Assembly (NCBI GenBank): GCA_963693365.1 | Contig: CAVNZM010000005.1 | Span: 12,423,728-12,487,727, forward strand | Reading direction: 5' to 3' | Source: Amoebidium appalachense | Taxonomy: Eukaryota > Protista > Ichthyosporea | DNA: 64,000 nt | In this document: one piece after another, positions 1 through 38,653 of the stretch | Layout: every line of letters starts with the position of its first letter | Position numbering within the stretch: the stretch's first letter is position 1 | Notes under the pieces: generated by a model | The model's input: the letters and a program-made list of their open reading frames with translations, nothing else | What the model was told of the DNA's origin: nothing | The model's database searches: none | Program-made: the position numbers and the translations under genes

Positions 1-25
1 GGGGGGCAATAACAGTATCACGTAC

Positions 26-116
26 CCGTGGCTTAGGCCCTTGCTTTCTGCTGTCCCACGAGGTCAGAATTTGCTCCATAGATTCGGGCACAAGACCCTG
101 ACCATCAGTGGCAACA

Positions 117-202
<86 letters not shown>

Positions 203-1512
203 ACCATGGAAGCACATCCCATGTGTCATTATCACCTCTCGAAAACATCTATACCCCCAAATCTTTGCCTTTCAGTAGCATAAAAGTATCGTCTGCATTA
301 GTAGGGCTATCCAGCAAGACTACGCATAATTTGTAGAAATACCCCCAGGGGAAGAGGGTACCACACTTTTCTGGCCGAAGCAAAACACAAACAATTTGCA
401 GACCTCTTCCCCACCTCCCCCCATTCCCATTCTCTCTCTTTCTCTCCAAACCCCCCTCCCCCTCCCCCCCCCCCCCCTCCAACCCCGAACCTCTTTATAA
501 AACACCGTCTCCCCCCCCCCCCCCCCCTCTCTCCCGCCCTTTTCCTTCCTCCTTTCTCCCACACCTCCCCCCCCCCCCCCCCCCCCTCCCCCCCCCCCCC
601 CCCCCCCCCCCTCCCCTCCCCCCCCCCCCCCCCCCCCCCCCCTTCCACCCCCTCCAGCGCCCGTATCATTTTTTGGGGGGAGAAAGACGCGGGGAGGGGG
701 GGTAGGGGGGGGGGGGGGAAGGCACGTACCGATAAGGTTGCAGCCAAGTGGACGCAGCAGACCAAGTGTGCCACTGGGGACAAGATGGGTGAGAACAACG
801 TGCAACAAACCCCCCCACCCCACCCCCCCACCCCCCCCCCAAAATAAACAAAAAAAAAAAAACAAAAAAAAAAACAAAAAAAAAAACAGAAACTGGTTCC
901 CATTCCGTCCTCTGAAAAACAAGAAAAAGTGGGAGAGATAAAAACAAACAAACTAATAACAACTGGTCAAACAGCCTAGCACATACCGTATGCCCCAGTA
1001 TCACAACATCCTTCTGTGCACATGACGAAACTACACAGCGCCTGCTTGTTTGGCCAACTATTATGTGCACAAAATTTTCTTATCACCTCACAATCGAAAT
1101 GAAAAATCCAAGTAATAAGAACCCCCACGAGGTATGGGGTCCTACCTGTAAGTTGGGCTCTCGACCAAAATATTATCTCCCCTGTCCACAAGCATCTCAA
1201 GCACCTGCCCACGAAATTACCGTCAGTGGGGGTTCCATGGGAATAACCGCCCGGATGGGTGGGTGCCTCGTAGTGTGGGGTGGGCAAGGTGGTATCTTTT
1301 TCTTCTCCTCCTCCTCCTTCCTTTCAATTTTCCTGATTTTGTTCTCTTTTTGCCCCTTTATATTCTAACTTTCTTACCGATTTCTATGCTCTCTCTCTCT
1401 TTTCTTTCGTTTCTTCTCGTTCTCGTCCTTTCGTCTCCCCCTTTTTCATGCTTTCTTTCTTTCTTTTTCCTTTCTTTTTTTTGTTGCTGTAGTTGAAAGG
1501 AGAAGGGGGAGA

Positions 1513-1544
<32 letters not shown>

Positions 1545-1982
1545 AACCATCGGCATGAACAGATGAACATCTTCACTCTAAAAAAGATCAAGGTTGTGTG
1601 CGTGTGTTGAGCACCCACGCGCACCTGTGCATGTAGGTGTTTGGGTGGGTGATAGGTGTGTTGGTGTTTAGGGGGGAGAGAGGGGGGCCCCGGGACCCCC
1701 GGCGGCAGGAGGGGGGGGGAGGGGGGGGGAGGGGGGAACTGAAATCTACAGTTCAGCGTATAGGCCAATTCTTCATAAAACCTAACTAGTAAGCCCGTGG
1801 ACAGAGAGGAAAAAATAACCGCCTTCCCAACACCGTGTTTCCTTTCCGTAAAACGAGTGGGGAGGGAGAGGGATTGTGCTGATACTAAGAAAACCAGGCC
1901 GAGGGTCATCCAATCATGCGCTTTGAATACTAACCTTCCCGAGGCCGTCTGAACGTTGAGTGTCGTTGATGTATGTGTTGTG

Positions 1983-2013
<31 letters not shown>

Positions 2014-2100
2014 TGTGTGCGTGCGTGATTGTGTGTGTGAGTGTGTGTGTGGTGTGGTGTGTGTGTGTGTGTGATGTGTGTGTGCGTGTGTGTGCGCGCG

Positions 2101-2153
<53 letters not shown>

Positions 2154-3632
2154 GTGTGTGTGTGTGTGTGTGCTGCCCAAGGAGAGGAAGGAGGGGGTGG
2201 GAGGGATAGTGAGTTGAAAGAATCCTCAAAAACTGACTGCCCCCTCCCCCACCCCCCCCCCCCCCCCTCCCCTCCCCTCCCCCCCCCCCCCCTCCCCCCC
2301 CCCCCCCAAACACACACACACACCCCCGCACCCCCACACACCCACTCCGACGCCATACACCTTGCCCCCCAGCTACCAACCACTTGCTAATAAGAAGTCT
2401 CTAAGACTGCCTCAATCCTCTGACATCCTTCTTCCCTCCCTCCCCCTCTCCCCCCCTTCCCCGCCTCCAATTCCTCTCTCCCCCCCACCCCCCCTCCCCC
2501 CGCCCCAAATACACACACACACACACATACACACACACACACACCCACGTCTCTTTTCCTCGCTTGCCCCTCGCACTCTACAAACAAAAAAACACCCCCT
2601 CCCCACCCTCACACACACACAAACTAAAAAGGAGGGGTCAACACATGAAGTATTAAAGAAATGCCACCATAATCCACTGTATTTTTTCTACATGTGCCTT
2701 GTCACGTGCACATACCCTGACTGCCCGTGGTGATACACAGGTCCCACTGGTCCTGGGCCATCTTAGGGCTGTGCTCTGCTATCAGCATCTTCTTGAAGAT
2801 CTGACGTAGGGGGGGTAGCCCACGCTGTAAAGTGGGGTTAGAAGGTGGCACATGGAGAGTGCAAGGGGGTGGGGTGTGTGGGGGGTGGGGGGATAAGGAG
2901 GGATCAAAAAAGAAAAATGTTAAGGATGGGAAAGGAAAAAACGTGGCTGCCTGATCATGGTTGTTGCTTTCCAGTTGCTGGGGTTTCTTATTGTCATTTC
3001 TTTTGTTCCTTGCAAAAAAGAAAAAGGAAGAAAGGAAGGACGGAAGGAAACGAAAGAAAGAGAGAGAGAGGGGGGGGGGGGGGGGGGGGAGGGGGGGGGG
3101 GAGGGGGGACAGAGAAAGAAGGAAAAAAGAAGACACAAAGAAGGGCGAAACTCAAAGTTTTCTCACAGAGGCTGGTGTGTCCCCCCCCCCCCCCCCCCCC
3201 CCCAAGCACCACCACCCTGCCTCCAGCATCCCCCCCCCCCCCCCCCTTCCCCCCTCAGTCTCCCTCCCCCCTTCCCCAACCCCTCTCGCCTCCCCCCCCC
3301 CCCCCCCCCAAAAAAAAAAAAAAAAAAAAAAACATGGGCCCCTCCTTCCCCTCCCTCCCTCCCTCCCCCCCACCCACCTCCAAATAATAAAAATAATAAA
3401 AATAATAATATCAAAATAAAAAATAACGCACCGACTCTGAGTACTGCAGGGCGGCAGCCAGGTCCTTGCCCTCTATCGACAGCTTTTCACCAGTCCGCAA
3501 TGTCAGATCCATGCTGCAGAGAGAGAACATGTCAGAAAGGTGGGTCATTTTGGTGTGTGTGTATGTGTGTGGCGAGGGCGGGGTGCGGGTGGGGAGCATG
3601 AGACAACACAAACATCATCAAGGGGCGGGCAC

Positions 3633-3695
<63 letters not shown>

Positions 3696-4652
3696 GGGGT
3701 GGGGGTCACTGAAAAGGAAAGTGATGGAAACGAGCTTCCAAATATAATGAACAGGCGCCTTAAATAACGGGAACGGGTGGTAGGACAGCAGCATCCTAGG
3801 GAGCTGGCTTGTGTGCAAACAGGACACTCATAAACAAACACGTGGGAAACACCATGATGGAGCAAATCTCGGATTTTGGTGCCAGACAGGAGGCTGACAG
3901 ATTGATTAGATGTGATCTCGGGATAGGGTTTGTGATAGGCTTGAGTGGCACAGGCCTCTTACCTTGCGAAGGGGAAGCACACTGGGTTAGGCAGGCCACC
4001 ACCGAGAGAGATCTGGAAAGGGGAAAAGGGTTGAGGGCAGGCTAGCCCATTTTAGGTAGGTCCGGAGGGAGCTGGGGGGGGGGGGGGGGGAGGTGGGCAG
4101 GGAGGAACAAAAAGGGGAGACCCAAGTGGATGGGAACAAGAAGGGCCCAAGGTATAGATATCGCTCATTATTGGAGGGGGAGGGGGGGGATGGAGGGGGG
4201 GAGGGGAGGGAGACGGTGGTGAGACGTGTATGACTGCGAGAGAGGGTCGGGAGAGGAGGGTGGCAACCGGGTGTTGATGAGTGGCAGATGGTCGATAAGG
4301 GCCAGAGGGAAAGAGTGATCCGCATGAGAGAAGAAAGAAGGCATACAGAATGCAGATCGGAGAAGGAGCAATTGTGTAAGGCAGACAACCAAAGACTCTG
4401 ACAAAACAAGCAGGAGCGAGTGCTTGCAGGAAGAAAATGACAGCTTGAAACGATTTGCGAGGGTGGGAGTGGGGGATGGCAACATCGAGGAAGTAGTCCC
4501 CCACACAAACAAGATCTCACAGCACATGTGAACAGACAGACACGTACCATGCCCGGAATTGACAGCAGGGGAGTCAGAGCACGGATGGGCGAGGGCTTTC
4601 TCGCTTTGCTTGACTGTGTGAGGAAGCTCTCATAGTCGGGTAGGGTTGCCAT
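26..4652 (-). CDS. AADAT: Kynurenine/alpha-aminoadipate aminotransferase (AADAT/KAT II/Aro8 family, PLP-dependent); 5' part, continues past window start
   Basis: Phase-consistent exons 4652-4548 (MATLPDYESFLTQSSKARKPSPIRALTPLLSIPGM), 4012-3963 (ISLGGGLPNPVCFPFAS), 3513-3432 (MDLTLRTGEKLSIEGKDLAAALQYSES), 2824-2716 (RGLPPLR...DLCITTGSQ), 1948-1935 (DGLGK), 1204-1146 (VLEMLVDRGDNILVESPTYS), 773-730 (GTLGLLRPLGCNLI), 117-26 (GVATDGQGLVPESMEQILTSWDSRKQGPKPR). ISLGGGLPNP, ALQY, TTGSQDGL and ESPTYSG are AADAT hallmarks. Confidence 0.9.
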
Positions 4653-5464
4653 GTTGCGTGTGTGGGTGCCGATGGAAGCAAGCAGGTGTCTGCGGACAAC
4701 ACGGGGCAGCTGGCCTGCCAACGGCGAAAGTGGCGAGAGCATGGGGAAAAGGAGGTGCCCTGCAGTGTGAGTAGGGGTGTACAAACTTAGACTAAACTAT
4801 GTTCCTAACACCTCTGTCTGCTCGTTACCCTTGACCGTGACTTGACTTTCTCTCAGCTCTGACGGTGTCGCGCGCGGCGCGTGATGTCAGGACACACGAC
4901 TGGCTCAGGGGCTCACCCGCGTGGTTTGTGGCGCTGAAACAGCGAGCGATGCACATGAATTTCAACTGAGTTGACTGTAGTGTTTTTGTTATATTCTTGG
5001 TTTGGATAGCAACTTCCGTTTGTGTAGTTGAAATTACAGAAAACAATCTGATTGGAAGTCTTTGTTTATAACGCACCTGATTGGCTGCCACAACTTCTGT
5101 GGCTCACAAACTATTTTTAGACATTCTTCGCCCTAAAAACTGGCCCGTTACTAAAAATATCTTCGAGGAAATCCATTTGATCCGAGCCGCGCACCCGCTT
5201 TCCCCACAAAAAATTCGCATTTTTTTCCCCGCTGCTGAACAAGTTGGCTGTTTTGGATTTACGATGTTATAGTTAACGCATAGATTATAGAGGGAAAACG
5301 TGAATTTGTAGACAAACGTGCGCAGAAATAGTTCTAGACATAGGTGTAGGGGCTCTTTTTGTTCCAGGGTGGGGTAGTGTAACGGCATGTAAAGAACACA
5401 ACAGCACACTTAGTCAGCAAACTCACCGTTGTGTTGGTGGGTGGGCAGCAGCCCGTTATTTTTC
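4653..5464. promoter_or_regulatory. Divergent promoter region between AADAT and PP2A-B56
   Basis: Head-to-head start codons about 810 bp apart. The region lacks the microsatellites seen elsewhere and has two CTGATTGG (reverse CCAAT) boxes near 5048 and 5077. Confidence 0.55.
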
Positions 5465-7168
5465 ATGATGAAGGCCCTTCAGTCATTCAAGCTGAACCGC
5501 AAGAGCAGTGAGGCGAAAAAGGAAGAGAAGGAGAAGGAGAAGAAAGACAAGGAAAAGGATAAGAGCAAAGACAAGAAAGACAAGAAAGACAAGGATAAGA
5601 AGGATAAGGACAAAGGGGCTGTCCCCGTTTCCGCAGGCGAAACAGCGGTTTCCTCTCCGAAACCCACCGCCGAGCCGCCCAAAGCAGGCACGGGAGGCGT
5701 AGGAAGCAAGTTCAAGGGGGTGGGCATTAGCGACCTGCCCATAAACAAACCCCAACGGCGACAGAATTCTTCCCATTTCCGAGGGCAACAGAAGGCGGAG
5801 ATTCAGAAGCTACCCGCGTTTAAAGATGTCCCCGTGGGCGAACGGCAGGATCTTTTCGTGCGAAAGCTTCGCGAGTGTTGTTTGTGCTTCGACTTCTCGG
5901 ATGCACTTCAGGACCTAAAGGGAAAGGAGATCAAGCGGGCCATGCTAAATGAACTCGTCGAGTACATCACAAACAACAGGGGCGTCATCACGGATCCCAT
6001 ATACCCCGAGGCGGTTAATATGTTTGCCATGAATGTCTTCCGCACCCTTCCGCCCACAAACAACCCAGCCGGCACCGAATTCGACCCGGAAGAAGACGAG
6101 CCGGCATTGGAGGCCTCATGGCCCCACCTGCAGATTGTCTACGAGTTTTTCCTCCGTTTTCTCGAGTCGGCCGATTTCGTCCCCAACGTTGCCAAGAAAT
6201 TCATCGACCAGCAGTTTGTGTTGCAGTTGCTCGAGCTATTCGATTCGGAGGATCCACGGGAGCGCGATTTCCTCAAAACCACCCTCCACCGCATTTACGG
6301 CAAGTTTCTCACATTGCGAGCGTTTGTGCGCAAGAGCATCAACAACATCTTCTACCAGTTCATATACGAAACGGAGCACCACAACGGCGTCGCGGAGCTA
6401 CTCGAAATCCTCGGGTCGATCATTAACGGGTTTGCCATCCCACTCAAAGACGAGCACAAGGCGTTCCTTTTGCGCGTCCTCATCCCCCTCCACAAGGTGA
6501 AGACGCTCACCCTCTACCACCCCCAGCTGGCATACTGTGTGGTGCAATTCCTCGAAAAAGATCCCGCCCTCACAGAGCCGGTCATCATCGGCCTGCTCAA
6601 GTACTGGCCGAAGACAAACAGCCCGAAGGAAGTGATGTTTTTGAACGAAATCGAAGAGATTCTCGACGTCATCGAGCCGTCGGAGTTCCAGAAAATCATG
6701 GTCCCCCTGTTCATGCGGTTAGCGAAATGCGTCTCGTCGCCACATTTCCAAATTGCGGAACGGGCGCTCTACTACTGGAACAACGAGTACATCATCAGTC
6801 TCATCAGCGAAAACGCCCAGTACATCCTTCCGCTCATGTTCTCGTCGCTCTACCGCAACAGCAAGTCGCATTGGAACCGCACGATCCACGGGCTGGTATA
6901 CAACGCGCTCAAGCTTTTCATGGACACGAACCCGGCGCTGTTTGAAGAGTGCACACAGCAACACAAGCAGGACGTGGAACAAGAACAAGCGGCGGCGGAG
7001 GAGAGGGAGAGGCAGTGGGCGCACATTGAGGATTTGGCGCAGCAGAGCCCCAACTATGTTGAGGTGGTGACGGAGAGCGAGGAGAGGGAGAGGGGCAGGG
7101 CACCCCCCGGGGCACGGGGGGTGCTGGGCGCCACCATGGCGGCACAGATGATGATTGCGGCTCAGTAG
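5465..7168 (+). CDS. PPP2R5: PP2A regulatory subunit B' (B56), single exon
   Basis: Long uninterrupted ORF from ATG 5465 with canonical B56 motifs: [137 protein letters not shown]-rich N-terminal extension. Confidence 0.97.
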   Translation: MMKALQSFKLNRKSSEAKKEEKEKEKKDKEKDKSKDKKDKKDKDKKDKDKGAVPVSAGETAVSSPKPTAEPPKAGTGGVGSKFKGVGISDLPINKPQRRQNSSHFRGQQKAEIQKLPAFKDVPVGERQDLFVRKLRECCLCFDFSDALQDLKGKEIKRAMLNELVEYITNNRGVITDPIYPEAVNMFAMNVFRTLPPTNNPAGTEFDPEEDEPALEASWPHLQIVYEFFLRFLESADFVPNVAKKFIDQQFVLQLLELFDSEDPRERDFLKTTLHRIYGKFLTLRAFVRKSINNIFYQFIYETEHHNGVAELLEILGSIINGFAIPLKDEHKAFLLRVLIPLHKVKTLTLYHPQLAYCVVQFLEKDPALTEPVIIGLLKYWPKTNSPKEVMFLNEIEEILDVIEPSEFQKIMVPLFMRLAKCVSSPHFQIAERALYYWNNEYIISLISENAQYILPLMFSSLYRNSKSHWNRTIHGLVYNALKLFMDTNPALFEECTQQHKQDVEQEQAAAEERERQWAHIEDLAQQSPNYVEVVTESEERERGRAPPGARGVLGATMAAQMMIAAQ

Positions 7169-7230
7169 CGGTGTGTGTCTCTTCTCCTTCTACCCCCCCC
7201 CCCTCCCCCCCCCCCCCCTTCTCTCTCTGG

Positions 7231-7652
7231 CAGGATGGGCTTTGCTTATGATGCATACTCTATGTGTACTTTGCTATCTGCATTGTGTTGTCCGTCGTCA
7301 TTGTGTACTTTGTACTTTCTAACTCGTATCCCCCCCCCCCCCCCCCCCCCTTTCCGCCCTTTTCCTCTCTCACGTGCTGTCTCTGTTTTGATTCTTCTGT
7401 GTTGTGTCCACCGGTGTCATCATCCGTTGAGGTTTTGCTCGTCTACTTTTTTGCCCTAATCACACATGCCCCAAGCTTAGGTGTATTTTCTTGGCCGGCC
7501 TCTTTCTGATTCTCTCGGGCTGCTCTGCATCACCCTATTAGTCACTCGTGTGTGTCAGGTTTCATGACCATGCACAATTGAGATTTTTAAATGAACGGAT
7601 GGCCTTTTCTGCTCTGTATCAAAGCTTGTGCTTCTTGTCACACACACCTGTC

Positions 7653-7723
<71 letters not shown>

Positions 7724-7920
7724 AGTCTACCTCGGCTCTGCTTTTGATGCATACCTTTGATGTGTGCTTTGCAATCTGAATTATGTTGTGTGTCGTAAAT
7801 GTGTACGCCGTGCTTTGTAACACATTATTCCCCCCTCCCCTCCCCCCCTCCCCCCTCCTCCCCCTCCCCCCATCCCCTCCTCTTTTTTGTGTGGGCTTTT
7901 TTGTGCGGGTGTGTGTGTGT

Positions 7921-7963
<43 letters not shown>

Positions 7964-8293
7964 GGGGGGGGGGGAAGCAATATCTGCATTGTGTTCTGCA
8001 TTGTGAATCTGTACTCCATCACTTATTACACTCACTACCCCCCATGCCTCCTTACCCCCCCCCCCCCCCCCCCTGTCTCTATGTTTCCCATTTCCGGTAT
8101 AGGGACCTCTATTTCGGAAGCACTGTCGGTATGTGTACAGGCTGGGTCGAGTTTTTGTTCAATGGTCATCTGGGTCGTGTTCTCTTTCTCCTTTTTTTTT
8201 CTTTCTGCCCTTCTCCCTTTCTCTTCCCACCCCCTCCCCCTTCCCTGTTCTTTTCTGCTGCATCACCCCTTCCCCCCCTCACCCCCTTCACCA

Positions 8294-8331
<38 letters not shown>

Positions 8332-8453
8332 ACACCCCAATACCCCCCACCCGGCCAAACCTCATGTCTCCTTTCGCTTTTTCCACCCCCTATCCCCTTT
8401 CCCCACTCTGCCCTTCCCTCCAGCCTTGCACTACCACCACCCTTGCAACCGAA

Positions 8454-8491
<38 letters not shown>

Positions 8492-8914
8492 TACACAGCT
8501 TGGTTTCGTTTTTCTCCATGTCACATGCTCCCCCCTCCCCCCCACTCCCCACAAGCACATACGAACACATGCACATGCAGCATACATTCATGCACAACAC
8601 ACACGTACGCACATGCACATGTGCACACCCGCCAAAACACACACACACACACACACGGTTTAGTGTATGCAGGGGCAACCTAGCGCTACTCTTACTTCAC
8701 CCTTGCCCTGTCTCTCGTTCTGCAGCATTACAAAAAGAACACCTTTTCCTTTCTCATACATCGATGAGCTTCGTGAGCTTGTGTGAATTTAATGCTCCAT
8801 GCTATGGTTTTTATTTGTCTCTGTGTAACCGGTGTATTTGTTTGAGTTTGTATCTACACTGACAACCCCAAGCTCTGCCACGAAAACAGATAACACACGC
8901 GCGACCGCGCGCGT

Positions 8915-9009
<95 letters not shown>

Positions 9010-9300
9010 CACGCTTGCATATCCACACAATCAGAATCCCCAATTGCCTCTCCCTTCTTTCGTCTCAAGCTTCCTCTCTGATTCTACTTATTTTTTGCCT
9101 TCTGTCTTGTGCTAGGCTTTCACTTTTATTCCCTCCCCCCTCCCCCCCCCCCCCACCACCACCACCACCATCACCCCCGGGCCCACCCCCTCCACCCGCC
9201 CCCGAATGAGGATTTGCTCTGCTTATTATGCATGCTTTGTATGTGTGCTTTGCACTCTGCATCGTGTTGTCCGCTGTGAGTGTGGACTTCGTACTCAATG
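7231..9300 (+). repeat. Locally repeated ~85-bp motif (copies ~7231-7320, ~7733-7818, partial ~7977-8020, ~9209-9297)
   Basis: Shared core GCTYTGCTTWTKATGCATRC..TGTGTRCTTTGC..TCTGMATYRTGTTGT. Confidence 0.7.
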
Positions 9301-9374
9301 GCGCATACATCCCCCCCCCCCCCCCCCCCCCCCCCCGGGGAACCCCCCGCACACACCCCACGGACACGCCAAAT

Positions 9375-9444
<70 letters not shown>

Positions 9445-9906
9445 ACGCACACACACACACGCACACACACACACACACACACGCATACACGCACACTTCT
9501 AGGCGTGAAGCATGTGCGTACATGCGTGCACAACACACATAAACAACACCAATACACCCACACACACTCGCGCGTGCACACACGCCCGCAAACACACAGG
9601 TGTGGGGGCGCACGCAGACACACACACCCTCATCACCTAAGGTTGATCACGTGTTGTCCATGTACACTGGTGGGTTTGAAAGGCCACGTGCTGATCGGAG
9701 GGTGTATACAGGTCAGACATTTGGGTGCATAGGCCAGCACAGCAAGTAGGCATTGGCTGAGGCATGGAGCCCAGCAGCGTGCTGGTGTGGGTGTGTAGGT
9801 GGACTCAGCACACATACGTGCACACACGTAGGGGCATGTACATGCACATACACACACACACAGGCACATACAGTTATGGACCCGCACATGGGCACATAGA
9901 CACACG

Positions 9907-9941
<35 letters not shown>

Positions 9942-10461
9942 GCACGCACACGCACACGCACACGCACACGCACACGCACGCACACACACACACACACACA
10001 AGTACGTGGTGCACCATGATCCGGTTTTTTTTTTATCACACCAAAACATCTGGTTGATTCCATATGAGATTAGCCTAGCTAGTGACGTATGTTGGAGCCA
10101 CCACTAGGAGGGCACTAGGACACACACATGATCGAAAATAGGGGGATTTAGAACATGCCAGAATCGTCTTTCCCATTATGGTGTGCACTCGTATTTCTTG
10201 GGCGGCCACTATTGTGTTTTGATAGCCAAACACTCTGACACCAAGTCGGCTAGAGAAAGATATTCGTAAACGAAGAGGCACATGCACACACACACACACG
10301 TGACGAATCTGTAGAATCTCTACACACACACACACATTCTACGTGCGGTAAATAGTTGTTTTCAACCCCCGCTTGACACATAGGTTATTTATTAGTTTTT
10401 TGAGGGTGTGGTGACCGTGTAGGGCAACATGAACTTAGTGATCTAGATTTTTGATTGCTGG

Positions 10462-10537
<76 letters not shown>

Positions 10538-10681
10538 CTTTAGTTTGTAGGCGTTTGACTGTTTTCTGCCCGCGAATCTGCGTGTGACCCTATGTTCGGC
10601 AATATATCATGACCATTTGGATTATTTGTTCCCCCGTCGATTCTGCAGTGCTATAAAAACCTAAATGATGTATGCCTTGGC

Positions 10682-11046
10682 GCAGTCAAGATATATTATG
10701 GGCCTCTACCCCCTTATCCCCCGTGTCTCACTTGTTTTCTTTCTTTTTTTCTGGGATTCTTTCTTCCTTCTTCACCCATTTTCCCTCCCCACCTCCCCCC
10801 CCCTCCCCCCCCCCCCTTTTTTTTTTCACGTGTGTGCAATTGCCGTTGGTGTGGTGGGTGTGGATTGGGGTGGGAAGGGGAGGGGGGGGGGGGGGGGGGG
10901 GAGGGGTTAGGAACGGCACACAGCAAAGGCGGGGAAAGAGAGCCTGTGCCCGGGGAAGGACGGGCAAGGGACGAGGGAGGGGCGGGGAGAGGACGGGGAA
11001 GACACGAGGGATAAGGGGGTAGAGGCCCATAATATATCTTGACTGC
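10682..11046. mobile_element. MITE/foldback element with ~46-bp terminal inverted repeats
   Basis: GCAGTCAAGATATATTATGGGCCTCTACCCCCTTATCCCCCGTGTCT at 10682 matches the reverse complement of AGACACGAGGGATAAGGGGGTAGAGGCCCATAATATATCTTGACTGC ending at 11046. No clear TSD. Confidence 0.75.
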
Positions 11047-11359
11047 TCTATATGTGATTGGTCAATGTGTTCCAGCCAGCAGGTATATAAGCTGTCCGAC
11101 TGAGAGTCACAATAAACATGAGTCGCCATGAACTATTAACAGGGGGGGGGTAGTGGCAGTGTTTGTGCTGTGCCACCTGGTTGCCTAGTAATAGCTTGGC
11201 CTTTTTCAATCAGCCTTTTTCTTTTCTGGCTTCCCTGCCTGCCTCCTTCCTTTCTCCCTTTTATCCCTTCCTCGAGAGCTATCCTCTTCCCCCCCCCCCC
11301 GTCCCCGCCTTCCTCCCGCTCGAGCTCCCCCCTCCCTTCCCTCACTTCCTCCCCCTTCC

Positions 11360-11390
<31 letters not shown>

Positions 11391-12360
11391 AAAACAAACA
11401 AAAAAAACAAAAAAAAAACACCCCACCCTCCTGTCCTTTGACTGAAATACTTGGATATGCCTAATGTATGATAACACTGTAAAGCTTGACTGGCATTGCA
11501 TTGAACACAGATTGGCTCACATGTGCTTTTTTTTTACCTAAAAGCCATTATTGCATAATTATTGCATGTTAGATGCATATGTCCAACGTATACATATCTT
11601 CCTTAGTAGTAACATAAATGATTTAGGCTTGTACATCATCTGTACATTCGTGGAACAGGGCCGGGCCGGGGACCACCAACCTTCGCATGCCATTAAACTT
11701 TCACACGTGTTCGGTGGGCACATAGCCTGGCGAACAAACTTACTAATACCTGGCAGTAACCTCCCCCGTGGGAGGGTGGCTAGGTGGGCATGGATCCAAC
11801 CATGCAGGCATAGTGGCCAGGGGAGTGCTTTGTGCAAGCATCAAAATCAAATTCACTCAGGTTGATCTGAACTTGAACGCCCATTTGCGTACAATGTTTT
11901 ATACATTCACAGCAAGAGGGTCAGCCCATCCCTGCAGTGTGGATGAATCAATAAAACAACCATTCATTTCTAATAGTCCACATTCACATATCTGCTTTTG
12001 CTAAGTTATAAATATTCAAATACAGGACAGAGAGTCATTATGGCATATACAACACATGGCTCGAGCCACCAAACCAGCAAACGTTTTAGGTGTGCATAGC
12101 AACGAGAACATGCCTCTCTTGCTCGACATGCTATTGTAGTATCGGCATCCAAATTTTTACAGCATACTCATTCATACAAAACAGAGAGGTGACCTATCAC
12201 CCCAATGTACACATGCATTTCGGGATGGCTAAAAAGCAGCCCACGATACTGGATGCTACTGGGCTCCCTCGGCGCTAAGCCCCCCCCCCCCCCCCCCCCC
12301 CCCCCAAAAAAAATAAATAAATAAATAAATAAAATAAATAAAAAATTAAAAATAGAAAAG

Positions 12361-19017
<6,657 letters not shown>

Positions 19018-19869
19018 GGTTACCTAGAGCCCCTGTGGGGTTGCACACATGATTGGATGCAATGAGGTTGGTTGAAAGAGGGGCAAAGAAAGCCAAGATG
19101 CTTCGAAAACCTTTACGTTTGGGAGTGCCAAAACTGGAAAGGCCGATGCCAAGTAAACTAGGAGCCCACTTGTTTATGCTCTTTGGTTAAGGAAAATAGC
19201 AGAAAGTTAAAAGATTATAGTATAATGGGGCAACCGGAAAACCCAACAAGTCAGTACATACCTCCCAACAAACTTGGATCATTGGATGCCAGCTGCTGCG
19301 TTTGTGCTTTTTGTGAGCCACTCAAGTGAACAACCTCAACAATAATCCCAAGATCTGCAAAATTGTATTTTTTCAAAGAGAGAAAATTCTGTTCCATGGT
19401 GGCTCATCGCCGCTCGAGCCAACACAAAATTGATAAAAGTTTAGGACTGCGCCCAAAAAATCTCGCCTGCCGCAGAGGGTCAGCTGGCTCTGGGCCAAGG
19501 CCTCCTTGCTCTGGGCTCTTCGTTCTTTTTTGTGCCGGTTTGTTTCTTTTGTGCTCGTCTATATATACTTACTGTATGGGTAAATACGAGGGTTTTTCTT
19601 ACTGAAATGGTAGCTTCCTGGTAGTATCGTGTATATAGACTCGGCTGTCCTTACCCCTCAGTATAATCTTACTGCATGTTAGTGTGCTAACATCTGCTGT
19701 AATTGAAACACCCCGTCGTATTATCAGTAAGTGCGTCTCTTACTCACACTCGCGATTCACTTCGATCCCCTGTATCAACATGGGTAATGAAGGCTAGCAG
19801 GTATGGGTGAATGCGATCATGTTAGGTTTTTGGACAAAATGCAGCTTACGCCGCGCGTAAAACACAAAC
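19018..19869. promoter_or_regulatory. Divergent promoter/5'UTR region between SNAPC3 and AGAP
   Basis: Head-to-head ATGs about 850 bp apart in repeat-free sequence. Possible SNAPC3 5'UTR intron (acceptor near 19025, donor near 19654). Confidence 0.5.
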
Positions 19870-38481
<18,612 letters not shown>

Positions 38482-38607
38482 ATGAATGAAGATGGGGACG
38501 GGGACTGTATGAAGGGCATGTTGAGCAAGTTGAACCTGGTTTGGTGATGTTGTTGTTTTATGATTTGGTTGCCTTCTTTTTTTCCATCTGTCAAGTCGTG
38601 GTTTTTC

Positions 38608-38653
<46 letters not shown>

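Noticed and set aside
9642-9749. Possible extra 3' exon of PP2A-B56 (VDHVLSMYTGG...)
   Set aside because: The B56 ORF already has a stop codon, and this segment has no recognisable similarity or clear donor partner.
11551-11865. 104-aa ORF in non-repetitive sequence
   Set aside because: No recognisable motif or splice context; may be SNAPC3 3'UTR.
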